This document shows, piece after piece, positions 1 to 7,877 of a stretch of DNA of 64,000 nt (position 1 is the stretch's first letter; the number at the start of each line of letters is the position of its first letter). The notes under the pieces are model-generated. The model saw only the letters and a program-made list of their open reading frames with translations, made no database searches and was not told where the DNA came from. Source of the stretch: Bacilli bacterium (GTDB lineage: Bacteria > Bacillota_I > Bacilli_A > RF39 > UBA660); the NCBI GenBank assembly GCA_051872655.1, contig JBJEEB010000021.1, positions 2,535-66,534 of the forward strand, read 5' to 3'. The position numbers and the translations under genes are program-made.

Positions 1-810
1 ATATCTAGCATAGTAGGCCGCACTTCGATCTACTTTGGTAGGATCTTTACTACTAAAACATCCTCCTCCTACTTTGCCCATTCCTCCATAGGTATCACAT
101 ACTATCTTTCTACCAGTAGTACCACTATCTCCAAACGAACCTCCAATAGTAAAGGAACCGCTGGTGTTTATTAAGATATTGGTTTTAGTATCTAATAATT
201 CTTTTGGTATTACTTTATTTATTACATTTTCTATTATGTAATTCCTTAATTCTTTTTCTTTTACTTCTTTTTTATGTTGTGAAGCAATTATAATAGTATC
301 TATTCTTTTTGGTATATCATTATTATATTCTACTGTTACCTGTACTTTACCATCAGGAAGTAGCATGCTATTTTTATCTTCTTTTCTTACTTTAGTTAAT
401 CTATATGCTAACTTATTGGATAACATTATTGGTAATGGCATTAGTTCCTTAGTTTCATTAGTAGCATAGCCAAACATTATACCCTGATCTCCTGCCATCA
501 GTTTGTCTTTCGCTACGGCACTATTTATTTCTTTAGACTGACTACTTACTTTTACTATGACATGATATTCTTCAGTATAACCTATATCTTTTAGTACTTC
601 TTTAGCTAAAGCTTCATAGTCTAATTTAGCTTTGGTATTAGCTTCTCCATAGATTAATATTAAATCATCTTTAATTGTAGCTTCAACAGCCATTTTACTA
701 GTTTTATCTTGTCTTAAAGCTTCATCTAATATGTAGTCACTTATTTTATCACATATTTTATCTGGATGTCCTTCAGTTACTGATTCACTAGTAAATAAAA
801 TTTTTTTCAT
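1..810 (-). CDS. metK: S-adenosylmethionine synthetase (N-terminal ~270 aa; 3' end lies beyond window start)
   Basis: Minus-strand translation from the ATG at 808-810 reads MKKILFTSESVTEGHPDKICDKISD...GDQGIMFGYATNET...GGGCFSSKDPTKVDRSAAYYAR, which are hallmark MetK motifs. It is absent from the ORF track because it runs off the window edge. Confidence 0.93.
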   Translation of the reverse strand, partial: MKKILFTSESVTEGHPDKICDKISDYILDEALRQDKTSKMAVEATIKDDLILIYGEANTKAKLDYEALAKEVLKDIGYTEEYHVIVKVSSQSKEINSAVAKDKLMAGDQGIMFGYATNETKELMPLPIMLSNKLAYRLTKVRKEDKNSMLLPDGKVQVTVEYNNDIPKRIDTIIIASQHKKEVKEKELRNYIIENVINKVIPKELLDTKTNILINTSGSFTIGGSFGDSGTTGRKIVCDTYGGMGKVGGGCFSSKDPTKVDRSAAYYARY

Positions 811-840
811 TATATCAACTCCTTCATTTATTTTATCAAA

Positions 841-968
841 AAGAAAAAACTCTTTGAAAGAGTTTATAGCTAGCATTATTCTCTTTCATCGTTATTAGCT
901 GTACCACCTTACATTATGCAGGTTGGTATGAGTTCACAGAGCTAATTCTCTCCCTCATTCTTGATAAA
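841..968 (-). promoter_or_regulatory. SAM-I (S-box) riboswitch leader of metK, including terminator hairpin
   Basis: The minus-strand RNA UUAUCAAGAAUGAGGGAGAGAAUUAGCUCUGUGAACUCAUACCAACCUGC..AAGGUGGUACAGCUAAUAACGAUGAAAGAGAAUAA fits the S-box core (UUAUCAAGA / GAGGGA / CAACC / AAGGUG / AGAGA). It is followed by the terminator AAACUCUUUCAAAGAGUUUUUUCUUUUU (841-868), just upstream of the metK RBS. metK is the classic S-box-controlled gene. Confidence 0.72.
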
Positions 969-1029
969 ATATATCTATATTATATATCATTATTTTTGTT
1001 TATTCAAGTAGTTTGAATATTATTTTTTT
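964..1029. repeat. Direct repeat copy 1 (promoter/hairpin module), split by a 19-nt insertion
   Basis: ATAAAATATATCTATAT (964-980) plus TTATTCAAGTAGTTTGAATATTATTTTTTT (1000-1029). This matches 1887-1933 at 46 of 47 nt apart from the insertion at 981-999. Confidence 0.85.
979..1007 (-). promoter_or_regulatory. Sigma-A-type promoter for the metK leader
   Basis: The minus strand reads TTGAAT (1002-1007), 17 nt, TATAAT (979-984), about 10 nt upstream of the riboswitch P1 region. Confidence 0.55.
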
Positions 1030-1784
1030 CTTAAATTTCTTTTTCTAGTGCTAAATTTATCAGTGTCATTTTTAATTATTTCTAAATCACTATAAATATT
1101 ATCATAGGCGTCATCAAGAAGGCACTTACTGGTATTTAATAGTTCTACTATTTTTTCAAGACTATATATTACTTCTTCTTTAGTAAAAGCAGGTTCTATT
1201 CTTCCAGTATATAGTTTATTTAAAATTATACTATTACTATTTATTTCAGGATTATTTTTATACTTAAGATAAATTTTTCCTGCCCCATTTATAATATTTG
1301 CCACTTTGTCATTTTTTACATTTAAAACATATAAATTTGTTGGATCATATATAAATAATCTATCATTATCTTCCTCCAATGTTACTGCATGATTTACTAT
1401 ATTAATTTTCAATTGTTCTAAAATGGTACTCATTATATTACTTGGAAGAATACAGTGTAGTAATGCTGCATTTTTATTACATGCTTTTAGGTAATCTTTT
1501 AATAGCATAGAAAATTCTAAACATGCTCCATGTCCCCTCATTATTTCAAGAGGCAAATCTAAAAACATTCTATTTTCTTTACTGTAAATATTCTCTTTTG
1601 TAACAGAAAAATATCCATTCCATAATAATTGATAAAATAGATGTGAAAGTTCAAGTGAGGAATTAACTTTTAATTCCCTAGCTAGTTCTTTATAATTTAT
1701 TAATATATTTTGATAATTAATTGCTAATTTTTTTAAAGAAAAACCATGTGTTAATTCAATCATTTCAACAAAGATATTCTCCAT
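1020..1784 (-). CDS. Hypothetical protein with transglutaminase-like / papain-like Cys-His-Asp signature
   Basis: ORF track, 254 aa. The strings GHGAC(88)LEF, NH(132)AVT and IYD(147)PTN have C-to-H spacing of 44 aa and H-to-D spacing of 15 aa, as in the transglutaminase-like cysteine peptidase core. It has its own TTGAAT-16-TATAAT promoter at 1884-1911 (minus strand). Confidence 0.5.
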   Translation of the reverse strand: MENIFVEMIELTHGFSLKKLAINYQNILINYKELARELKVNSSLELSHLFYQLLWNGYFSVTKENIYSKENRMFLDLPLEIMRGHGACLEFSMLLKDYLKACNKNAALLHCILPSNIMSTILEQLKINIVNHAVTLEEDNDRLFIYDPTNLYVLNVKNDKVANIINGAGKIYLKYKNNPEINSNSIILNKLYTGRIEPAFTKEEVIYSLEKIVELLNTSKCLLDDAYDNIYSDLEIIKNDTDKFSTRKRNLRKK

Positions 1785-1886
1785 AAAATTACCTCTCTAT
1801 TAAATAGTATTATTTGCTTTAAATATGGTAGTATTATATTATAACATTACAATACTGTCAAATATTTTCTAATTTTTATAATTATT

Positions 1887-1933
1887 ATAAAATATATCTA
1901 TATTTATTCAAGTAATTTGAATATTATTTTTTT
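1887..1933. repeat. Direct repeat copy 2 (promoter/hairpin module)
   Basis: ATAAAATATATCTATATTTATTCAAGTAATTTGAATATTATTTTTTT. It contains the inverted repeat TATTCAA-N5-TTGAATA, whose arm supplies the -35 TTGAAT on the minus strand. Confidence 0.85.
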
Positions 1934-1981
1934 AAAGACTTTAGGCTTTAAAAAGCCTCTTAAGACTACAGGCTTAAGAGG
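1929..1981. repeat. Tandem-hairpin intergenic repeat, locus 1 (2 hairpins)
   Basis: tttttaaag-ACTTTAGG-ctttaaaaa and cctcttaag-ACTACAGG-cttaagagg, lying 10 nt after the stop of the 1992..2375 gene. Confidence 0.8.
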
Positions 1982-1991
1982 AGCACTTAAA

Positions 1992-2375
1992 TTAATTATA
2001 TTTTATATCTTTAATATATGGTTTTGCCGCTATTAAACCCATCTTTGGTATTATAGATATTACTACTTCTTTTTTATTTTCTGTAAGTTCGATACTTTGA
2101 ATTACATCTTTTTCGGTACTTGTTAGTTTTATTTCATGAGGACATAATATTGCTTTAGTAGTTAGTGTTGTTCCATTTTTTAATGTTCCTAGCTTTGTAT
2201 CATCAATATATACATCAAATGGTATAGCCCATCCAAACATCTTCTTTTCTCTTACTACTGTTATTGTTCCAACATTATTTTCGTTATTTAGTGGCGTTTC
2301 TTTTCCACAGTGAGGGCAAAACTTTGTTCCTAATTCTATCATTCTTCCACATTCTAAACATACCATATTATTCAC
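1992..2375 (-). CDS. Zinc-ribbon protein with C-terminal beta-rich domain
   Basis: ORF track, 127 aa. The N-terminus CLECGRMIELGTKFCPHCG is a CxxC-x11-CxxC zinc ribbon. The gene is transcribed divergently from the herA-like gene. Confidence 0.6.
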   Translation of the reverse strand: MNNMVCLECGRMIELGTKFCPHCGKETPLNNENNVGTITVVREKKMFGWAIPFDVYIDDTKLGTLKNGTTLTTKAILCPHEIKLTSTEKDVIQSIELTENKKEVVISIIPKMGLIAAKPYIKDIKYN

Positions 2376-2478
2376 TTCCTTATCTTTATTTTATATTATC
2401 ACAACTGTTTATTTTTTGCAATTTTATTATATACTTTTTTCTACTTATGTGATAAAATTATGATAGGAGAAAAAGAAT

Positions 2479-4242
2479 ATGTTAGGGAAGATTATTGCTA
2501 TTAATGAGAATATTGTTTCTGTTAAGTTAGAAGTTAATGTATATGACTATGATGGCTTAATAGGTAAAAATGTTACTTTTAAAGATGAAAATATTACTAG
2601 TATAGGTGAAGTTACTGCGATTGGTAATGGTATTATGCAGGCTATTTTAGTAGGAGAAATTAGAGATAATAAGTTTTTATATGGGGATATTTCTAAACCT
2701 TCATTTAAGGCTATATGTTATTTAATTGATAATGCTACTTTAAATATTGTTCTAAATAGCGATGCATCTAATACTATTAAACTTGGTAAATCTTATATTT
2801 ATCCTGACTATGATATTAAACTTGATGTAGGTAATTTCTTTTCAAATCATTTTGCTATACTTGGTAATTCTGGTAGTGGTAAATCTTATTCGGTTGCTAA
2901 AATATTACAAAGTGTCTTTTATCAATGTAAAAGTCTTCCTTTTTATTCAAATATATTCTTATTTGATGCTTATGGTGAATATCAAAGGGCTTTTTCTAGA
3001 ATACACGAAGTTAATGAAAATATTAATTATAAAGTATATACTACTGATTTAAATAGTACAGAGTTTGAAATTCTTACTTATCCTTTTTGGCTTCTAGGGG
3101 TAGATGATTTGTGTCTTCTTATGGGAGTTACTTCAAAAGAACAAATTCCAATAGTTGAAAAGGCTCTTAAGTTAGTTAGTTACTTTTCAAGAAAAGAAGA
3201 TGAAGTTATTAATCAAAAGAATGATATTATAGCTAGATGTTTACTTGATGTTTTATTTTCTGGTAAGGCTCCAAGTATGATTAGAAATAAGGTTGTATCT
3301 ATTCTTACTAAATTTAATACTGCAAATCTTAATTTGGAAGTTAAACTTGAAAAAGGTGGTTGGTCTAGAACTATTAGACAGTGTTTATTTGTTGAACAAG
3401 GCGGAGAATTTGCTGATGTTGAACTAGTTATTGAGTATTTAGAAAGTTTATGCTTAGATAACTTTGAACTATCACTTCCTAATGGAGAATACATGTATTC
3501 TATGAAAGACTTCTCTATTGCTTTAGAATTTGCTTTAATATCTGAAGGTGCATTAAATAGTGATACTACTTTTGAACTAGCTAATGCTCTTAAAGTTAGA
3601 TTTAATAATCTTATGAATAGTGATTATTCTAGATATTTTGATTATAATGGTTATGTTAATAGAGAAGGGTATATTAATTTACTTCTTACTTGTAATAATA
3701 GTAGAAAAGCTCAAATTGTTAACTTTAATATTAATTATGTAGATGATAGATTTGCTAAGAATCTTGTTAAAATATATTCAAAGTTATTATTTGACTATAT
3801 TGTTTCTTTAAATCAAAGAGCTTCAATGCCATTTCATATTGTACTTGAAGAAGCACATAGATATGTTCAAAATGATAGTGATGTAGAAATTTTAGGATAT
3901 AATATATTTGAGAGAATTACTAAAGAAGGTAGAAAATATGGATTACTTCTTGGTATTGTATCACAAAGACCATCAGAACTATCTGAAACTACGATATCTC
4001 AGTGTAGTAACTTTTTAGTATTTAAAATGTTTCATCCTAAGGATCTGCAATTTATTAAGGATATTATTTCTAGTGCTGATGTTACGGTTACAAACAAAAT
4101 TAAAACTTTACATCCTGGTACTTGTATTATGTTTGGTACAGCCTTTAAACTTCCTACAATTGCAATACTAGATAAACCTAATCCAGAGCCTCTTAGTCAA
4201 AGCTGTGATATTAATAAAACTTGGTATATTCATAATAATTAA
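2479..4242 (+). CDS. HerA-like (DUF87) FtsK/HerA-clade P-loop ATPase
   Basis: ORF track, 587 aa. It has an N-terminal barrel-like segment (GKIIAINENIVSVKL..IGEVTAI), a Walker A GNSGSGKS at residues 129-136, and a DUF87-type Walker B/sensor string FHIVLEEAHRYV ... GIVSQRPSEL. RBS GGAGAAAAAG sits upstream. Confidence 0.75.
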   Translation: MLGKIIAINENIVSVKLEVNVYDYDGLIGKNVTFKDENITSIGEVTAIGNGIMQAILVGEIRDNKFLYGDISKPSFKAICYLIDNATLNIVLNSDASNTIKLGKSYIYPDYDIKLDVGNFFSNHFAILGNSGSGKSYSVAKILQSVFYQCKSLPFYSNIFLFDAYGEYQRAFSRIHEVNENINYKVYTTDLNSTEFEILTYPFWLLGVDDLCLLMGVTSKEQIPIVEKALKLVSYFSRKEDEVINQKNDIIARCLLDVLFSGKAPSMIRNKVVSILTKFNTANLNLEVKLEKGGWSRTIRQCLFVEQGGEFADVELVIEYLESLCLDNFELSLPNGEYMYSMKDFSIALEFALISEGALNSDTTFELANALKVRFNNLMNSDYSRYFDYNGYVNREGYINLLLTCNNSRKAQIVNFNINYVDDRFAKNLVKIYSKLLFDYIVSLNQRASMPFHIVLEEAHRYVQNDSDVEILGYNIFERITKEGRKYGLLLGIVSQRPSELSETTISQCSNFLVFKMFHPKDLQFIKDIISSADVTVTNKIKTLHPGTCIMFGTAFKLPTIAILDKPNPEPLSQSCDINKTWYIHNN

Positions 4243-4254
4243 TATGTAATATTA

Positions 4255-4292
4255 AAAGATAATTCTTTGTTTGGAATTATCTTTATTTTATT
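4255..4292 (+). terminator. Rho-independent terminator of the herA-like gene
   Basis: AAAGATAATTC-tttgtttg-GAATTATCTTT followed by ATTTTATT. Confidence 0.7.
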
Positions 4293-4346
4293 CTTCTTAA
4301 GCCTATAGTCTTAAGAAGTAAATTAGAGCCTTATAGTCTCTAATTT
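4293..4346. repeat. Tandem-hairpin intergenic repeat, locus 2 (2 hairpins, opposite orientation)
   Basis: cttcttaag-CCTATAGT-cttaagaag and aaattagag-CCTTATAGT-ctctaattt. The plus strand carries the CCT..AGT form, downstream of the plus-strand herA-like gene. Confidence 0.8.
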
Positions 4347-4389
4347 AATACTTTTTTATTTTAATCTTATTTAAGTTTAATTAAAAATT

Positions 4390-5673
4390 TTACTTTTGGA
4401 CTATAAAAGTTGTTATAAAACCTACTAGTGAGGCTGATAAAGTTATAGGAATACTATATTTTAAGTATTCTTTTAATTTTACTTCATAGCCATTCTTTTT
4501 TAATATTCCTAGGGCTGCTATATTTGCTGATGCTCCTATTGGGGTAAAGTTACCTCCTAGTGTTGAAGCTATTATTAAGGCGTAATAAAGAAGATATGGA
4601 TTAATGTTAGTAGTAGTTGCTAAAGTAGATATAACTGGCAACATAGTGGCTACATAAGGAATATTATCAATAAAGGCTGACACAATTATTGATATTGTAA
4701 ATATCATAACATATATTAGCACCTGATTATTTCCACCAATATTTATTATGGTATTGCTAATTTTATTTATTATTCCCGTTTCTTTGATTCCACCAATAAT
4801 TATGAATAAACTAGCTAGTAGAATTATGGTGTGATAATCTATTTCTTTTATATATTTTAATGATGATTTTATATTTTTATCTTTTATAACTTTAATTATT
4901 AATCCAATTATAAAATATGAAATACATATTAATCCATTTGTTAATTCGTGTTTGTTTGGTATGAAAGATGCAGTTATTAAAGTTATGATTGTTCCTACCA
5001 GAATAATGGTTGGATAGTAACTGTTTACTTTAGTTTTTTCTGTTTTTTCTATTTTTTTATTATTTTTTCTAAATATGAATAGTAGTGTTAATGCCGATGA
5101 TATCATTCCAAATTGAGTAATAAAAAATAAACCCATTTTACCATTATGGACAAAGAAATCTAAAAAAGTCATTTTTGTTTGTCCCGCTAGAAGGATGGAT
5201 GTTGTATCTCCAACTAAAGTGGCTGCTCCTTCAATATTTGAAAATATTGCTACACATATAACGATTGGTATTGGAGAGATCTTCATTTTTTTAGCTACTA
5301 ACATAGTTATTGGAGCTACCATTAATACTGTTGCAACATTATCTACGAAGGCAGATATTATTCCCGCAAAAACTGAGAGTGCCACTATCATCCATTTGGC
5401 ATTTGGTACCTTATTTATTATGATATCTGAAAGTAGTGCTGGCATTTTTGATTCAATAAATAATGATACTGTTCCCATAGTACCAATTATCATTAATAAG
5501 ATATTGAAATCTATTTCTTTTAATACTTTATCTATGGGTAATATTCCAATTATAATAAAAATTAATGCAGTTCCTAGTGCTATATATGATTTATATTTTG
5601 GAATGGTTAGCATTAATATATATGTTATAACAAATAGAATTACCGCTAGTAATTGTGTATTTATAATTATCAC
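4390..5673 (-). CDS. ArsB/NhaD/CitMHS-superfamily polytopic permease
   Basis: ORF track, 427 aa, about 11-12 hydrophobic helices. The C-terminal motif GGNFTPIGASANI is typical of this permease superfamily. Confidence 0.55.
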   Translation of the reverse strand: MIIINTQLLAVILFVITYILMLTIPKYKSYIALGTALIFIIIGILPIDKVLKEIDFNILLMIIGTMGTVSLFIESKMPALLSDIIINKVPNAKWMIVALSVFAGIISAFVDNVATVLMVAPITMLVAKKMKISPIPIVICVAIFSNIEGAATLVGDTTSILLAGQTKMTFLDFFVHNGKMGLFFITQFGMISSALTLLFIFRKNNKKIEKTEKTKVNSYYPTIILVGTIITLITASFIPNKHELTNGLICISYFIIGLIIKVIKDKNIKSSLKYIKEIDYHTIILLASLFIIIGGIKETGIINKISNTIINIGGNNQVLIYVMIFTISIIVSAFIDNIPYVATMLPVISTLATTTNINPYLLYYALIIASTLGGNFTPIGASANIAALGILKKNGYEVKLKEYLKYSIPITLSASLVGFITTFIVQK

Positions 5674-5726
5674 CTCAATTAATTTTATTCTAAAATACTT
5701 TAAATAATTATAGCTTTAAAAATTAA

Positions 5727-6773
5727 TCATTTTTTTCTTGTTTTATTCTTTTTTGTTAAATCTTCTCTAAATATATTTATATCTTCTAATACTTTGTCTA
5801 ATGATTCTTGTTCAAATTTTATATCTATTATTTTTAGTGCATCTTCTAGTGATATTTTATTATTCATTAGTTCTTGATTAAGTTTTTCTATTTTCTCTAG
5901 GAATTTAGGATTTTTCTTATACTCTACATAATTATATATGGAAATTATTCCTACTGAATAAAATAATATTGTAAAAATAAAGTTTTTATCTTTTCTTCTT
6001 ATTATTTCTATATCAAAACTTTTTAAGGCATATTCATAATCTTTATCTTCTTTGTATAAAAATTTATAATTTTCTTGCGATACTTCTCCAAGTAAAAAGT
6101 ATAACAAAAATATTCTAACTATATAATAACCTTTTTTAATAAACGTGTGAAGATTTTTATATTCTTCAATTTTAAATGATTTTCCTTCTTCTTCGTATCC
6201 TATTTGTTCTAAATAGTCTGTATAAATAAGTTCATAAGTAAAAGCAAGTAGTTCAGTTAGAATATCATTTACTTCTCCCCTAAATAGTGGAGGTTGATTT
6301 CGGTAATGTGATATTTCATGTACCCATATTATAGAATCTGTTATTAAAGTATTATTATAAACATTTATTGCTTTATATTCTGTTACTTCTTTTCTTTTTC
6401 CATCATCTACTATAACACGTATATAATTATTATTTCCGTGTGTTAGTTCACAGATATTTGCTTTTTTCGGATAAGTTGTTTTTATTATATTAAATGTTCC
6501 ATCTTTAATTATTTCATTAAATTTAAAATCAATTCCTATTCTTTTATAGAAATCATCTATTAATTTTTCTATTTCAACAATACTTGTTCTTTGACCTTCT
6601 CTTAAGTCTGGATATTCTATGTCAAGTTCTTGCATATTGTAATATAGAAAAGCTATTAAATTATATATATTTTGCATATTGTCAAATAGTAATATATTTT
6701 CATTATAATTTTCATCATAAAATTCTTTTAAAAATGAATTTGCTGACTGTTCATTATTAATTATTTCATCCAT
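5727..6773 (-). CDS. Putative zinc metallopeptidase (HExxH, gluzincin-like), family unassigned
   Basis: ORF track, 348 aa. It contains IIWVHEISHY (HExxH), with Glu residues 14-22 aa downstream (GEV, TELL) available as a third ligand. Confidence 0.4.
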   Translation of the reverse strand: MDEIINNEQSANSFLKEFYDENYNENILLFDNMQNIYNLIAFLYYNMQELDIEYPDLREGQRTSIVEIEKLIDDFYKRIGIDFKFNEIIKDGTFNIIKTTYPKKANICELTHGNNNYIRVIVDDGKRKEVTEYKAINVYNNTLITDSIIWVHEISHYRNQPPLFRGEVNDILTELLAFTYELIYTDYLEQIGYEEEGKSFKIEEYKNLHTFIKKGYYIVRIFLLYFLLGEVSQENYKFLYKEDKDYEYALKSFDIEIIRRKDKNFIFTILFYSVGIISIYNYVEYKKNPKFLEKIEKLNQELMNNKISLEDALKIIDIKFEQESLDKVLEDINIFREDLTKKNKTRKK

Positions 6774-6823
6774 ATAAATCTCCCTGCGCTATATTATAAC
6801 AGAATTTTTTGAAAAAACAAGTT

Positions 6824-7675
6824 TTATTTCATTTCTACTTGTTTTTCCTCTATATACTCATAGTTTAAATAATTATCTTTTGTTACTACAGACTCTCCTA
6901 GATTTTTTTCTATGTCTTCTCTAGCTACTTTGGCAACATGACCACCCATTCTAGCTACTTTTTTATTTTGACTTAATCCTTGGGGTCTATGTTTTTCAGC
7001 GAGTCTTTTTGTTGTTTCTTCAGATAAATCTGTAAGTATTACTTCAAGACTATCCATATTATCTCTTAAACTTTCTTTTCTTAAACCTTTATATTCTTTA
7101 TATTCTTTAGCGGTCATACCTGACCATTCTTTATATATTTCGTTTGTAAGAATAGCATATTCTTTTCCTTCTGTTATTCCATTTTCTTTCCAAACATCAG
7201 TTAGTTCTTTTCGATCTTGAATGCCTTTTATTCTTTTAGCAATCCATTTTTCATCATACCCTTTTGCTCTATAAGTATCAATCGCTCTTTGTACTGTTAA
7301 CGATGGGTCAAATGCTTCATCTATTCTTTCACTACCTAATTTTGCTAACCATTGTTTAATAGGTTCAGCATTCTTACTAGGTATTGACTCTATAATTCTA
7401 AACATCCCTTCAATATCAACAACATCTGTCATACGATATTTTCCATCTTTGGCTTTTAATTTCAAAGCGTTACAATTTGTAACAGTTTCATTTCCTTCGT
7501 CTTTAAGTCTTTTTTTCATTACTCTCCAATATGTTTGTGGATTACTACTTTCTGATAGAACTCCTACTACATCTACTACACTAATATAGTACTTTTCGCT
7601 TTCTTTGTCCCATACTGTTCTAATTGTTTCGTTATTGAATATTTTCATTATTAAATGCATTTTATTTTCTTCCAT
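6824..7675 (-). CDS. Bro-N domain / DinD-like (DNA-damage-inducible protein D family) protein
   Basis: ORF track, 283 aa. The N-terminus IRTVWDKESEKYYISVVDVVGVLS is a Bro-N-type pattern, and the remainder resembles the DinD/antirepressor-like helical region. Promoter TTGACA-17-TATATT lies upstream. Confidence 0.6.
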   Translation of the reverse strand: MEENKMHLIMKIFNNETIRTVWDKESEKYYISVVDVVGVLSESSNPQTYWRVMKKRLKDEGNETVTNCNALKLKAKDGKYRMTDVVDIEGMFRIIESIPSKNAEPIKQWLAKLGSERIDEAFDPSLTVQRAIDTYRAKGYDEKWIAKRIKGIQDRKELTDVWKENGITEGKEYAILTNEIYKEWSGMTAKEYKEYKGLRKESLRDNMDSLEVILTDLSEETTKRLAEKHRPQGLSQNKKVARMGGHVAKVAREDIEKNLGESVVTKDNYLNYEYIEEKQVEMK

Positions 7676-7780
7676 AATCTATATCCTCCTTAAATCTATT
7701 TCAATATATCATACATGTATTTTAATGTCAATATATTTTCGTACATTTGTTTGCTTTTTTTATAAATGAAACAAGTCTTA

Positions 7781-7863
7781 TTTTAAAGACAATTTTGGCT
7801 TTAAAATTATTTTTTGAAGACTACAGGCTTCAAAAAACCTCATTAAACTTTAGGTTAATGAGG
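7781..7863. repeat. Tandem-hairpin intergenic repeat, locus 3 (3 hairpins)
   Basis: ttttaaag-ACAATTTTGG-ctttaaaa, ttttttgaag-ACTACAGG-cttcaaaaaa and cctcattaa-ACTTTAGG-ttaatgagg, lying 14 nt after the uvrA stop. Confidence 0.8.
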
Positions 7864-7877
7864 TATATATATAAATA

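Noticed and set aside
7740-7753. A possible LexA (Cheo) box, CGTACATTTGTTTG, upstream of the DinD-like gene.
   Set aside because: It has a mismatch in the critical GAAC half-site (GTAC) and a weak second half (GTTT). It lies upstream of the -35 rather than overlapping the promoter. No comparable box lies upstream of uvrA. In a genome this AT-rich it is too weak to call.
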